From Octopus bimaculoides (Eukaryota): 35,538 nucleotides of DNA. Positions 1 through 11,745 of this stretch are shown one piece after another. The notes below the pieces were generated by a model that worked only from the letters and a program-made list of their open reading frames with translations, was not told where the DNA came from and made no database searches. The position numbers and the translations under genes were made by a program. The number at the start of each line of letters is the position of its first letter. Within the stretch, counting starts at the first letter, position 1. Location of the stretch: NCBI RefSeq assembly GCF_001194135.2, contig NC_068989.1, forward strand, positions 80,172,403-80,207,940. The letters run 5' to 3'.

Positions 1-69
1 GTATATATATATATATATACGTATATATATATACTTATATATATATATATGTATAGATGTGCGCGTGTA

Positions 70-103
<34 letters not shown>

Positions 104-426
104 CACGCGCACGCACGCATACCCATATATGTATGAATGTAATTCATGTACTAATACGAGAATATTTCTATATTACATTAAGAGAAAAACGCTGGAAGAG
201 TTGAGTTTCTGCAATTGCGTATGTTTGTAATATATTTTTAGCTACAACTATTTATATAAAGATGTTTCTATACAGCTTTTACAAAGGATAGGGCACATTC
301 TCAACGGGAGTAGCCAGGACTTGGACACGGACATTTATTAAAGTGTATAATACATAACGGAGGTACGTGCAGTCATTAACGAGCAGCTTTCGCATGTGTT
401 ATCAATTTCTTCATATTTTGAAATAC

Positions 427-497
427 TTTACCCGAGGAAGGTTTACGTAATGGATGTATTTCCAGTTATGTTTTCCGCAAACCAGAAACGTATTAAA
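427..497 (+). ncRNA. Degenerate minimal type I hammerhead ribozyme motif (Penelope pLTR type)
   Basis: CCGAGGA 432-438 (U4C), A, stem II GGTTT 440-444/AAACC 479-483, A, GAAAC 485-489, palindrome ACGT, GUA triplet 490-492; stem I TTTAC/TTAAA (4 bp plus a mismatch at the core). Confidence 0.55.
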
Positions 498-2775
498 CAA
501 TTTCACAATATTACTGTTTGGTTTGACTTCATTATTACAACTTATGTATATGCGCGTGTGTGTTTGTGTGTGTCTAGGTAGGTAGGTAGGTAGGTAGGTA
601 GGTAGGTAACCCTGCCATTTCGAATATAATTCAATATATTTTCCATTTGTTTTTCCTGTTTTATTCTATTATATTTCTGTTTTATTCTGTTTACTTGTAC
701 TGGGTGACATATAAGAAATACATACTACATGTTAGAAAGTGAATTAGCGATCTCGTGACAATGGTAGTATGTGCGTTTGCATGTTTTTGTATTTCAGAGA
801 AGGGAGATAGAATCAGAGAATTATACATAATGGATGTTTAAATTCCTGGCTTAGAATTATTTTAAGACTTATGAATTATTAAGAGCCATGTATATTCATT
901 TTCTCTAAATTATCTTTGCAATATATATAATTTTTTTACTTACAAATATCTTTCAGATATTTTCTCATTATCTGCAGCAATTAATAATCAGATCTATAAT
1001 TAAATTTCTTGAAAGTAGCAATTTAATATTTCCCACGTCATTTCCATTAAATATTTCGTATTCTTGCTTTCCTTTAATTTTCTTGTATGTTTATAATCAG
1101 TTTTCTATATTTCCTTTGCATATTCTTGAGAACAAAAGAAATCTTGAGAAAGAGAACTAAACGAGAGAAGAAATAACTAACATGAATGAAAGGAAATGGA
1201 AATAAATCTCTAAAAAGAACTTAATAAAATATTTGCCATTTTAAATGCATTATTAATAAATGTGTTTCGTGTGTTTTCACCTTTACTTTCTGACAGTTTT
1301 GTTTAAGTTTTGTCACTGCCGTAGTGTTTCATCGTTTTGCAATGTATTTTGGAAGCACAAATACGCCATCATTACGGATGATAAAAAATAATAATTTATA
1401 ACACACCTCAAACTCCACTAGGCACGAACACACAGCTAAAAATCTTTAATATCGCTACAAATGCTCGTCCACGAAATCTCTGACGATCTTTAGTAGAAAC
1501 CTATCATATATATATCTTAGTTAAACCTACATTATTATTTCAATAATTTCTTTTCACAATCAGCAAATATTCCAGTTTATTCTCTAGAATGCAAAACCTA
1601 AACATGCTTTCTGCTGACATTTATGCGACAAGCATGCAACTATCGGCACAAAGCACATTCAAAAGTAGACAATTTGAATAATATGCAATGATATTCCAAC
1701 ACACAGTAACCAATCCGCTAAAGTTACTTAAAGCCCAGATAGTAGTTTTATCTGGTAGTTTACGTCTATACCAGAGAACGCCTGTCTGTAGTGTTTGTAT
1801 ACACAGATGCATGGGCGTCAGCAAACAGGCTAGCAGCACATTTATAAAATATCTATAAGGTGGGTGAACTGACATACGACGACCATACATAGGAATACAT
1901 GTGCACGTATTTGAATATGTGCATATATATAAATGCATATATATGTATGTATGTATATATAAGCCGGTACGGAAAGTTGCTCTTTCTTAGGGATGTATTA
2001 TCCAAGTGTACATCCGTTTTGCACTAGTATTGATTATCAATACTAGAATTTCTTCATGTGTATTTCTACTAGTGTTTATCGTTGGTTCTTCTTCAATATT
2101 AAAACTTTACACCTCTCAAATTTCAGTTGCTGCTATGGAGAAAAAAGTTCAAAAGTTCAAAGAAAACGGAGAATACATACATAGAGTAATCAATTTATTT
2201 TCATAATCCAGTGAAATTAAAAAGTTCATTCTGATTGCTGTTATTCCTATTATGAAATGCATTATGACGTTGAAAAAGCAAAAAGCCTCCACAAGACATA
2301 ATTAACTGATATTTTTCACATCCCAACGGATGGAAAACTCGTTGGGATTGAATTGTAGCATGTGCATCTGAATAGGATGAAAAGTAGTGGCAAGCTTCTG
2401 AACAGATAATCGGCACTGCTAAATGCGTGGAATAGTAACATGAACTAGTTCTTCTGAACTAAGCCTATCCCTTGACCAGTAAAGTCAAAAAAACAATTTT
2501 AGCTATTTTTAGAACAGAATCCAAGACGCGCGTGACTCAGCTCAACCGGAACAAACTCTCCATCCGCTGAGATGTGAAAATTATCAGCCAATTATGAGCT
2601 GAGGAGGATTTTGCTTTTTTTCAATTCATAATGCACTTTATAATATAAATAACAGCAATCAACCGAAACGCAGTGCAGGCATTATGAATGAACTTATTAA
2701 TTTGACAGGACTATGGTAATAAATTGATTACTCTATGTATGTATTCTTTGTATTCTTTGAATATATATATACATG

Positions 2776-3092
2776 AGTTGAACAAATTTAAAATATGGTA
2801 TGGTTTTCACGTTTTTTTTTATTATGGTATTTTAACATTAAAAAAGTATTTTATAATGCTCATAAAGTTAAATTAGCGCTTTCATACGTTTGGTAGTAAT
2901 CATTAGATTTCAAATGTATTTCAGTGACAGTTGATTGCTTGACAAGACCCCAACAGCTAGTTAAACACATTTGAAATATGATGATTATGAAAGCGCTAAT
3001 TTGACTTCATGAGCACTACAAAATAAATTTTAATGTTAAATTAACATAATAAAAAATGTGAAAACCAGACCATGTTTTAACTTTATTCAACT
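2776..3092. mobile_element. Fold-back MITE with long terminal inverted repeats
   Basis: Arm 2776-2886 is an imperfect reverse complement of 2986-3092 (e.g. TGGTTTTCAC/GTGAAAACCA, AATTAGCGCTTTCATA/TATGAAAGCGCTAATT); inner pairing continues (ATTTCAAATGT/ACATTTGAAAT); no ORF. Confidence 0.8.
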
Positions 3093-3247
3093 TTATTTAA
3101 CTTTATTCAATATACATTCACACAAATTTGAAATAATATATATATATATATATAAGGAAAAGAATCTGAAAATGCCGGAGTCTTTTAAAAATGTTCATTA
3201 ACTTCACCGGTTTCACTTATTTAAAAAAAATTTCAAAAGTAAAGTAT

Positions 3248-3432
3248 AAAGCTTTGTGTATCCTCTGTGGTGTCAAAATCAGTTTACATAAATGCATGCA
3301 AATCAAGTGATTTGACAATGTTAAGTAAAATTTTAAGGCTTTGTATATCCTCTGTGATGTGTCAAAAAATAGTTTACATAAAAACATTCAAATCAAGTAA
3401 TAATTTTTTTTACAATGGTAAGTAGATAAAAA
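3248..3432. repeat. Diverged tandem duplication, ~87-bp unit
   Basis: GCTTTGT.TATCCTCTGTG...GTCAAAA...AGTTTACATAAA...CAAATCAAGT occurs in units starting at 3248 and 3335. Confidence 0.8.
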
Positions 3433-3626
3433 TTAGTTTATATAAATATATCCCGATCAAGTAATAGAGTCTTTGACAAGAAGATAAAACGTGTCTTATA
3501 CACACGCACACACTAACGCACACACACATACACAAACACACACACAAACACAATAAATATGCTTTCATCTGCTTAGTCTGTCGGAGTTTTTCAACTGATC
3601 AAAACGTAAACCCTGTAATGTTCCTT

Positions 3627-3731
3627 TTCCCCAGAAGATCTTCCACCCACGATAATCAAAATGCAAATTTATATTATTATATATATGTTTTGTAATTTAA
3701 ATTGGGTGTGAAGTGAAACAATTGTAGGCAA
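3627..3731 (+). ncRNA. Degenerate minimal hammerhead motif with extended stem II
   Basis: CAGAAGA 3632-3638 (U4A), T, stem II CTTCCACCCA 3640-3649/TGGGTG(T)GAAG 3703-3713, T, GAAAC 3715-3719, palindrome ACAATTGT, GUA 3724-3726; stem I 4 of 5 bp. Confidence 0.55.
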
Positions 3732-3786
3732 TGTTGATTAATTAATAAATTCATTTATATACATTCAATCTCTCCATTTTCAAACT

Positions 3787-3908
3787 TAATAATATTTGAT
3801 CTTTTATAATATTTTCATTGAAGAAATATCTCTCCAAAATATAATATATTAAACCAGTGTAGCATGGATAAAGTTATACCAATAAGAGGTTTAAATATCC
3901 TCATAGTG
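3787..3908. repeat. Interspersed repeat, copy 1 (copy 2 at 35001-35134)
   Basis: Shared TAATAATATTTGAT...TTCATTGAAGAAATATCTCT.CAAAATATAATA...ATAAGAGGTTTAAA.ATCCTCAT.GTG, same orientation. Confidence 0.8.
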
Positions 3909-4267
3909 TATATATATATTAACAAAGTAGACAACAGGTTGTACGGAGCACCGCATGAATAAATCAAAAGTAGAACAGAAAGAATACAACAAACAGAAAC
4001 CAACAAAACACAGCTTGCGGAAAAATAGACGATAGCACGACAAACGGCAAACAGGACGAAAAGGATACACGGATCATTAGCAGCCGATTAGCTCATCAGT
4101 CGGAGTCCAGAAAGTCCTAGCAGTTTCACCCCTTTATTTTACGATACTACTCGAATTCGGTGGGGGCCAGAGACTTACGCTAAAAGCATTAAGCCTCTGG
4201 GAATGGCAAACAAATGTATAGAAGAACAAAAACAAGAACAGAAACATATATATATATGCGAATGTAG

Positions 4268-4332
4268 ATATGTATGTATGTATGTAGGTATGTATGTATG
4301 TATGTATGTATGTATGTATGTATGTATGTATG
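4268..4332. repeat. (TATG)n microsatellite
   Basis: Direct reading; source of the MYVC pseudo-ORFs. Confidence 0.95.
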
Positions 4333-4406
4333 TGTGTACGAATGCATGCATGTATTATGCATGCATGTATTATGCATGTATGTATGTATCTATCTATTTA
4401 TCTATG

Positions 4407-4495
4407 TAGTGGCCAAGGTGTTGGACGCACTATCATCATGTCACAGATTCAATCCTCGTCTCGTCTGGCTCATTTTCTCCTGACGCAAAGCACCG
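4407..4495 (+). mobile_element. Degenerate tRNA-derived SINE head
   Basis: A-box-like TAGTGGCCAAGG and B-box-like GATTCAATCC at tRNA-like spacing. Confidence 0.35.
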
Positions 4496-5570
4496 ATACC
4501 TTTTTTTTGCATTTTTCTATATTCGTAGGAGATGATAGAAAAGAGTTTGAAATGCAGATACTGCTATCATAGCTGATGAATGCAATAAATATTCCCTTAA
4601 AATACCGTGATTAGAAGTGATGAAATGTCAAGCTGATCTAAAATTAGCATATTATCATTTGCAAGAAGCAGATATTAAACTTTTTGTTGCTTTGCTGCTG
4701 GTTATATCGTGCATTGATACACTATGTATGTGTGTATATCTAAGTGATGTGAGTATGTGTGTGTGTGCGTGTGTGTGTTTCTTTGCACGAGTTTTGTGTA
4801 TGCTTTATATGTATATAGAATATTTTACTTACATACAGGGTGAAAGTACTAACAAAAGAGAATTCTAGATTTATTCATACAACGTATATACACATATTAA
4901 CATACACGTATTCACAAATTACAAACATACACACACACAGCCATACAAACACACACATACATAAATATTATATGAACATATATTTAAGAATATATGCATA
5001 TATATAATGCATTTCTGATATATTGCATCTATTATCTTTATATATATACATATATATACACACACACACACATGCAAACTACATTTAGTTATACATGCAT
5101 AGATATACATACGTTTATATATGTATATATGTATATATATATATGTATAAATGTGTATGTGTGTGTGCGTGTGCGTGTGTGTGTGTGTGTGTATGTGTGT
5201 GTNNNNNNNNNNNNNNNNNNNNNNNNNNNNNNNNNNNNNNNNNNNNNNNNNNNNNNNNNNNNNNNNNNNNNNNNNNNNNNNNNNNNNNNNNNNNNNNNNN
5301 NNNNNNNNNNNNNNNNNNNNNNNNNNNNNNNNNNNNNNNNNNNNNNNNNNNNNNNNNNNNNNNNNNNNNNNNNNNNNNNNNNNNNNNNNNNNNNNNNNNN
5401 NNNNNNNNNNNNNNNNNNNNNNNNNNNNNNNNNNNNNNNNNNNNNNNNNNNNNNNNNNNNNNNNNNNNNNNNNNNNNNNNNNNNNNNNNNNNNNNNNNNN
5501 NNNNNNNNNNNNNNNNNNNNNNNNNNNNNNNNNNNNNNNNNNNNNNNNNNNNNNNNNNNNNNNNNNNNNN

Positions 5571-5647
<77 letters not shown>
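5571..5647. repeat. (TG)n microsatellite beside an assembly gap
   Basis: Direct reading. Confidence 0.97.
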
Positions 5648-5652
<5 letters not shown>

Positions 5653-6003
5653 CGTGAAAAGGTAATGACAGTTTTATGACTTGTCCTGAGGTCTGCTTCC
5701 TTTTATCTTACTTAACTGACAAAATATCTTCCTGGTTTTAATGACCTTTTGGACATATCTCGGCTACAGCTTCTCTATGTTACTTGAACTTCTTCTTAGC
5801 AAGTTATAGCTATATATATATAGCTATAAATTAATTAAGATATCTGTTTGAAATAATAGAATCGTTTTATCTCATTGCCTCACGCATTCCGGTTATAATT
5901 CTTATTTCGCTATAAACTTGAATTTTACGTTTGAAAATATTACTTATCCAATATGCTATTGGATACGTGATCATCAAGATTTCACTGCACCTGTTTATAC
6001 CTG

Positions 6004-6099
6004 TTTACAATTATACCTGAAGATGGTGGTTTTATGTTATGCTGTAACCTACAAATGCATCAACAAATTGCTACCGAAACAACTGTTGTAAATTGTGAA
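6004..6099 (+). ncRNA. Minimal type I hammerhead ribozyme motif, intact core
   Basis: Stem I TTTACAATT(A)TAC 6004-6016/GTAAATTGTGAA 6088-6099; CTGAAGA 6017-6023; T; stem II GGTGGT 6025-6030/GCTACC 6070-6075; GAAAC 6076-6080; ACAACTGT (one change from palindrome ACAGCTGT); GUU triplet 6085-6087. Confidence 0.75.
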
Positions 6100-6297
6100 C
6101 CGCATTTGTGTTCTTTTTATACCTACGCCACAGCTAGAAGCAGCACTGGGTCAGATCTACGGTTTAAATTGCATTTGGTACTTACACATCGGTAGCATCC
6201 TACCGACAGATACATAATAATAACATGGCTGTTTCACATCATGGCGTCTTACATTTTCATATGGTACCTACATTCTAATGAATCCTATAACTAATAA

Positions 6298-6335
<38 letters not shown>

Positions 6336-6525
6336 ATATATATAGAGAGGCAGACAGGCAGACAGGCAGACAGGCAGACAGACAGACAGGCAGAGACAGA
6401 GAGAAAGGGACAAACAACCAGAGATAAATAGATAGATATACATAGACATAAATATATGTATGTGTATATAGTTGCATCTCTCTCTCTCCATTATTCATAC
6501 ACACACAAATATATACATACATATA

Positions 6526-6567
6526 ATACATCCTTTTGTTATTTACACCACCTGTCCTCGTCTGTTG
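6526..6567 (+). repeat. Fragment of the repeat at 27670-27795, cut by a gap
   Basis: TTTGTTATTTACACCACCTGTCCTCGTCT resembles TTTGTTGTTCATACACCTGTCTTCGTCT in that repeat. Confidence 0.6.
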
Positions 6568-7439
6568 NNNNNNNNNNNNNNNNNNNNNNNNNNNNNNNNN
6601 NNNNNNNNNNNNNNNNNNNNNNNNNNNNNNNNNNNNNNNNNNNNNNNNNNNNNNNNNNNNNNNNNNNNNNNNNNNNNNNNNNNNNNNNNNNNNNNNNNNN
6701 NNNNNNNNNNNNNNNNNNNNNNNNNNNNNNNNNNNNNNNNNNNNNNNNNNNNNNNNNNNNNNNNNNNNNNNNNNNNNNNTATATATATATATACATATAT
6801 ATGCATGTACGTATGTATGTATGTATGTATGTATGTATGTATGTATGTATGTATGTCTGTATGTATGTATGTTTGTATTAATATATAAAGAGAGAGAACG
6901 AGAGCGGAGAAAAAAGAGAGAACTTGCGAGGGATTATTATAATTTTGCTTCTGTAAGTTTTTGCCTTACATTCAACGACTTCTTATGGAATAAATAACTA
7001 TGGTATAGAGTTTTATATTTTACGAAACTTTTCTTTCATCTTTGAACATTTGATATTACACTTCCTCAAATACGTTCATAATCCTACACACTTTTAAGTA
7101 TTAAGATATATTATGAATCATTACTGGCTGTAGATCATAAATTTTCCAACATTCTATTTTTTACATATGTTTGCATATATATTAGTTGTTCGTTATAAGG
7201 TTAGGGAATTTTTAGTGCTCGCTACCTTCAAAGACGACGAATGGCAGAACCGCGTGTCCCTCAACAAAATACTCCCTTAGGATTATTGCGCCCATTTGTG
7301 TTTCTAATCACACACGAGGTTGATTGTGTTTTTCTGTTATTCGAAGGCCAACAGAACATACACAATCAAAAGGGTGTGAGTTGGATTTAATGACATGTTT
7401 CAATTTTCCACAACTAATCCACAAAACCTTCTGGACATT

Positions 7440-7655
7440 GGTTACTTCTCAAGTTCATTTAAAGGCCTACTGCTGAAGTTTGAATGCCCAGGTCTGGCAA
7501 GAGAGTCTATAGATGATCAGTGGTTTCGGCAATGATTACGTCATCTGCAAATTGTAGGAATGTTTGTATGCAGGCTAATCCTTTCTAGGCATGCGTTGAA
7601 GAGCTTTAAGGGTCTTCTTGCTTGGCACCTTTCTTAATCGGGCCGCTTTCATCTT
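7440..7655 (-). mobile_element. RTE-clade LINE reverse transcriptase fragment (pseudogenised)
   Basis: Frameshifted minus translation PIKKGAKQEDP / KLFNACLERI / LQFADDVIIAETTDHL*TLLPDLGIQTSAVGL*MNL matches RT motifs G.RQGD.SP.LFNA.LE, FADD and GL.MN. Confidence 0.75.
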
Positions 7656-7690
7656 CCAGTGCTCAAGCACTTTGAAGTATATGTACATAC

Positions 7691-7748
<58 letters not shown>

Positions 7749-8021
7749 GTGCGTGTTTATATATACATATGTATGTTTATATATACATATGTAAGTTTAT
7801 ATATACATATGTAAGTTTATATATACATCTGTATGTCTATATATATATGTATGTATGTACATGTGTGTGTATGTGTGTGTGTGTATGTGTCTGTGTATGT
7901 GTGTGTGTGTGTGTGTGTACTATGACCTTCCATATTCTGTGAATAAAATATTTCAGTTACATAATACTGATCATTCTGATACAATAGTTGGTGACACTCT
8001 CTCAATATGCCATTAAACGGA

Positions 8022-8075
8022 ATTGCATCCAAAACCACGTGATTCCGAAGAAATACTTCTTAACCATACGCCCAA
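8022..8075 (-). mobile_element. SINE family B head fragment
   Basis: Minus strand GGCGTATGGTTAAGAAGTATTTCTTCGGAATCACGTGGTTTTGGATGCAATTCC resembles the heads at 10184-10330 and 24930-25085. Confidence 0.5.
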
Positions 8076-8478
8076 GCCCTCAAGATTTCGCATCATGGGA
8101 AATGTTTGCTAGTGTCAATTTGATTATTACGTATTAGTCGTTTTAAACTATTTTTGGCGATGTTAAAATTCCTATTATGTTTACGTGACATTCTCTTCGA
8201 GTTCTACATTAGACCTTGAATATCTTCAATGCCTGCCTGCATTAATGGTAATTCTAACCCTAGATATGCCACTGCGTAATCACTCAATTTATGTAGTTAT
8301 GCTATAAGTCGCTGCAAAAAACTTGTTATAGATAAGCCTTGAAATTAAGATATCAAATCATTGCTTGTAAACTTTATATAATCTTCATTCCTGTGTCTTG
8401 TGAGGAATATGTGCTTCGAAATTTTAGTAATTCCATCTATTCATAAATGCATGTCTATTTCAATAGTCTTAATTTACA

Positions 8479-8514
<36 letters not shown>

Positions 8515-9667
8515 NNNNNNNNNNNNNNNNNNNNNNNNNNNNNNNNNNNNNNNNNNNNNNNNNNNNNNNNNNNNNNNNNNNNNNNNNNNNNNNNNNNNNN
8601 NNNNNNNNNNNNNNNNNNNNNNNNNNNNNNNNNNNNNNNNNNNNNNNNNNNNNNNNNNNNNNNNNNNNNNNNNNNNNNNNNNNNNNNNNNNNNNNNNNNN
8701 NNNNNNNNNNNNNNNCACACGTGCACACACATGCACATACACGCATACAATCGCACAAACGCACACATAATACACACATACAAACACACATGCAAAGACA
8801 TGCATCGCACTCATAAGTATATGCATATATACACATATATACGTGTAAATGTGTATAAATACGCATATGTACTGTATATATAAGTGTATGTGTGTGTGTG
8901 TGTGTGTTATTATATATAGAGAGAGAGAGACAGACAGACATGTATATATATACATATGTATATATGTGTGTATGTGTACGTACATATATGTGTCTGTGTG
9001 TTGTGTGCGTGTGTGTGCGTACGTGTGCGCGCATGTGTGTACGTGTACACATACGATTGTGAATGGGTATATTTACTGAAATAAAGCAGAAACAATATTT
9101 CTGAAAAAGCACCTGCTCTCCTAATTTGATGCCAGTTTCTCTAAAGGAACAGTAACTTAGTTTTTCTTACCAAAGCAAGCATCTGTCAAACCAAGTCTTT
9201 GATTTAGATTTGATTTCCTATAGAAATTATTTGATTTTACTTATGTTGATAATCTGATAACGAATCTCCGAAACCGGCACACTGCAATGTTCTCCTGCGC
9301 ATTTTTCTTTCGAGTCCTTGTAAATAATATACAACTTACGTATATTAAATAGCATATTGACGTTAGTAGAAACAACAGTGAGCTTATCTGCTGCTTTTAG
9401 TGACATTAACGAAAGGAACATGAGAGAAACAAATAAATTAGAGAAATTATAACTTAAAAGCAATCGTGCGAGATTTTCCTTGGGTTTATTGATGTACAAA
9501 ATACACAAAATTCACAGAAATGCAGTAGATTTAGGATAAATAGCTTTTAAAAGATGCCAGCAGTCTTCAGTTAGTCGAGACACGTTGATTCACTCAGAAT
9601 GAGTTCGAGCTGAACAATACGGAACATAATATAACATGTAATTTTCCACTGTATGTTTTTCTGTAAA

Positions 9668-9701
<34 letters not shown>

Positions 9702-9777
9702 ATTGCATACATATATTTACATACATATATATATTATTTAAATTTACATATATATATGTATACGTATGTATGTATTT

Positions 9778-10330
9778 TTTTATTCTTTTACTTGTTTCAG
9801 TCATCTGACTACAGCCATACTGGATCATTGCCTTTAGTCGAACAANNNNNNNNNNNNNNNNNNNNNNNNNNNNNNNNNNNNNNNNNNNNNNNNNNNNNNN
9901 NNNNNNNNNNNNNNNNNNNNNNNNNNNNNNNNNNNNNNNNNNNNNNNNNNNNNNNNNNNNNNNNNNNNNNNNNNNNNNNNNNNNNNNNNNNNNNNNNNNN
10001 NNNNNNNNNNNNNNNNNNNNNNNNNNNNNNNNNNNNNNNNNNNNNNNNNNNNNNNNNNNNNNNNNNNNNNNNNNNNNNNNNNNNNNNNNNNNNNNNNNNN
10101 NNNNNNNNNNNNNNNNNNTGTGTGTGTGTGTATTGCATACATATATTTACATACATATATATATGTATATATGTACACCAGACTTCTTTCAGTTTCCGTC
10201 GACCGGATTCACTCACAAGGCTTTGGTTGGCCCGAGGCTATAGTAGAATATACTTGCCCAAGGTGCCACGCAGAGGGACTGAACCCGGAATCATGTGGTC
10301 GGTTTGCAAGCTACTTACCACACAACCATT
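9778..10330 (-). mobile_element. tRNA-derived SINE family B (head, internal microsatellite/gap, tail)
   Basis: Head 10184-10330 (minus GTGTGGTAAG...GGGTTCAGTCCC...GGCACCTTGGGCAAG); tail 9778-9845 (plus TTCTTTTACTTGTTTCAGTCAT) shared with 24833-24891. Confidence 0.8.
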
Positions 10331-10469
10331 CATATTATACTGTGGCAATTTACATGATGACTTGTCTAATCAGAAACTATATCCAATGATTATTACACTG
10401 CTTAAAACTGCAAGCTGGCAAAATTGTTATTATGCTGCCCAAATGAATAGAGAGAATTCGACGCCTTTA

Positions 10470-10585
10470 TGTTGAAATACTGCCAGGATCGACTTTGCCT
10501 GTTATCCTTCCGGAGTCGATAAAGTAAATACCAGTTTAGCACTGGGGTTGAGGTAATCGACTTACCCCCTCCCCCGAATTTGCTT
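10470..10585 (+). mobile_element. SINE family A 3' fragment
   Basis: GATCGACTTTGCCTGTTATCCTTCCGGAGTCGATAAAGTAAATACCAGTT...GTAATCGACTT matches the reverse complement of 14520-14590. Confidence 0.75.
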
Positions 10586-10859
10586 TAATCCGGGAGCTAA
10601 AAAGAAGAAACTTAAAAGAAAAGGTACAGCCTACCACTTTCTATTTGAGGAGAACCATTACGCCTTTACATTAGTAAGATGTCAAATTATACAAAAACAA
10701 GTAAAAGGCTGTAATAACTTGCTGTGATTAAATACCTCTTGGCTACTTTTTTGTTTTTTTGTTTTTGTTTTATTGATCATTTCTGTAAAGCAGTTTGAGG
10801 GGCTGTATTTTGTTAGATTGTCTGATTACACGTAACTGCAGAATTCGTTCACGTAGCAG

Positions 10860-11362
10860 GACAGTAAAATCAGAAAGGGATGTGGAGAAGAGACTCAACA
10901 AAGCTGCAAATGTCGTTCAGCGCCTAATCCTGTAGGGTCCAGCTATGGCCCTAAACGCCGCCGGTATACAACCATTATCATGCCAAAGGAAATTTATGAG
11001 AAAATGAAAAAGGCCAGCAAAACTTATAGACCAGTAGATGTCCTCAACAGACACGAAGGATTTCTATGTACGGCCCTACAAAACATTATTTGGTGAGATT
11101 TTGTCAAGAATGATGAAGTAATAGAAAAAGCTGAACTAAATTATCAACGGAATATCATCGTCGTGAATCGGTGCGCGATGTTAGACCAGTGATAAACTCT
11201 CTCACATAGAAATGAGAGAAAGCACGTTGAAAATAAGGCAGAACTGTCAGGACTTGGTTGAGGAGAAAGGAGGAGGAGTGTAAGCTTATGGGAGGGCTTG
11301 TCCTCATGCTAGATGGAAACCTCTTACTACTTGTTATACCACAGGGAGTGGGAGGAATTAAG
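10860..11362 (+). mobile_element. Highly degraded RTE-type LINE 3' end
   Basis: Pieces DVEKRLNKAANVVQRL, QNIIW*DFVKNDEVIEKA and ARWKPLTTCYTTGSGRN* resemble the post-RT region and C-terminus of RTE ORFs. Confidence 0.5.
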
Positions 11363-11454
11363 ATTAAAATATGTTGCAATGAAGACTTGTCACGTGCAAC
11401 CCATTCGAGCTAAACATGAGGACTATTTGAATTTGATAAAACACGCCGAAGAAT

Positions 11455-11550
11455 GGCAATGAGCTGGCACAATCGGCAAAATGGTGGACAAACTAGTATT
11501 TAGTTGAATTTCTTTTCATACTAAGTTCAAATTCCGCTGAGATCAACCTT
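11455..11550 (+). mobile_element. Truncated SINE family A head
   Basis: GGCAATGAGCTGGCACAATCGG (A box) ... AAGTTCAAATTCCGCTGAGATCAAC (B box). Confidence 0.6.
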
Positions 11551-11745
11551 TAAGGTGGAGCGCCGGCAGTATTGTTAGCCCGTCGGATAAATGCTTAACG
11601 GCATTCTTCCGATTTCTTACATTCTGAATTCAAATTCAACCGAGTCCGCGTTTGCATTTCATACTTCGAGGTCGATAACATAAGCACCAGTTGACCGCTG
11701 GATTCAAAGTAATCGACTTCCTCCTCCTTATGCCAAAATTAGAAC
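11551..11745 (+). mobile_element. SINE family A (diverged)
   Basis: TAAGGTGGAGCGCCGGCAGTATTGTTAGC...AAATGCTTAACGGCATT...GAATTCAAATTC...GAGGTCGATAACATAAGCACCAGTT...GTAATCGACTT. Confidence 0.75.

Noticed and set aside
2130-2560. Possible second mariner relic (MEKK..., LEQNPR)
   Set aside because: Only isolated short words; no TIRs or catalytic motifs.
2598-2675. CTGAGGA-GG...CC-GAAACGCAGTG
   Set aside because: Position 17 is G, stem I is unpaired and stem II is weak.
3940-4210. GC-richer segment resembling an LTR
   Set aside because: No consistent TG...CA ends with a TSD were found.
9254-9279. CTGATAA...CCGAAACCGGC
   Set aside because: G8 and U16.1 are both altered and there is no stem I.
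9701-10164. Identical 34-bp block on both sides of a gap (9701-9734, 10131-10164)
   Set aside because: Low complexity and gap-adjacent; likely an assembly overlap or slippage.
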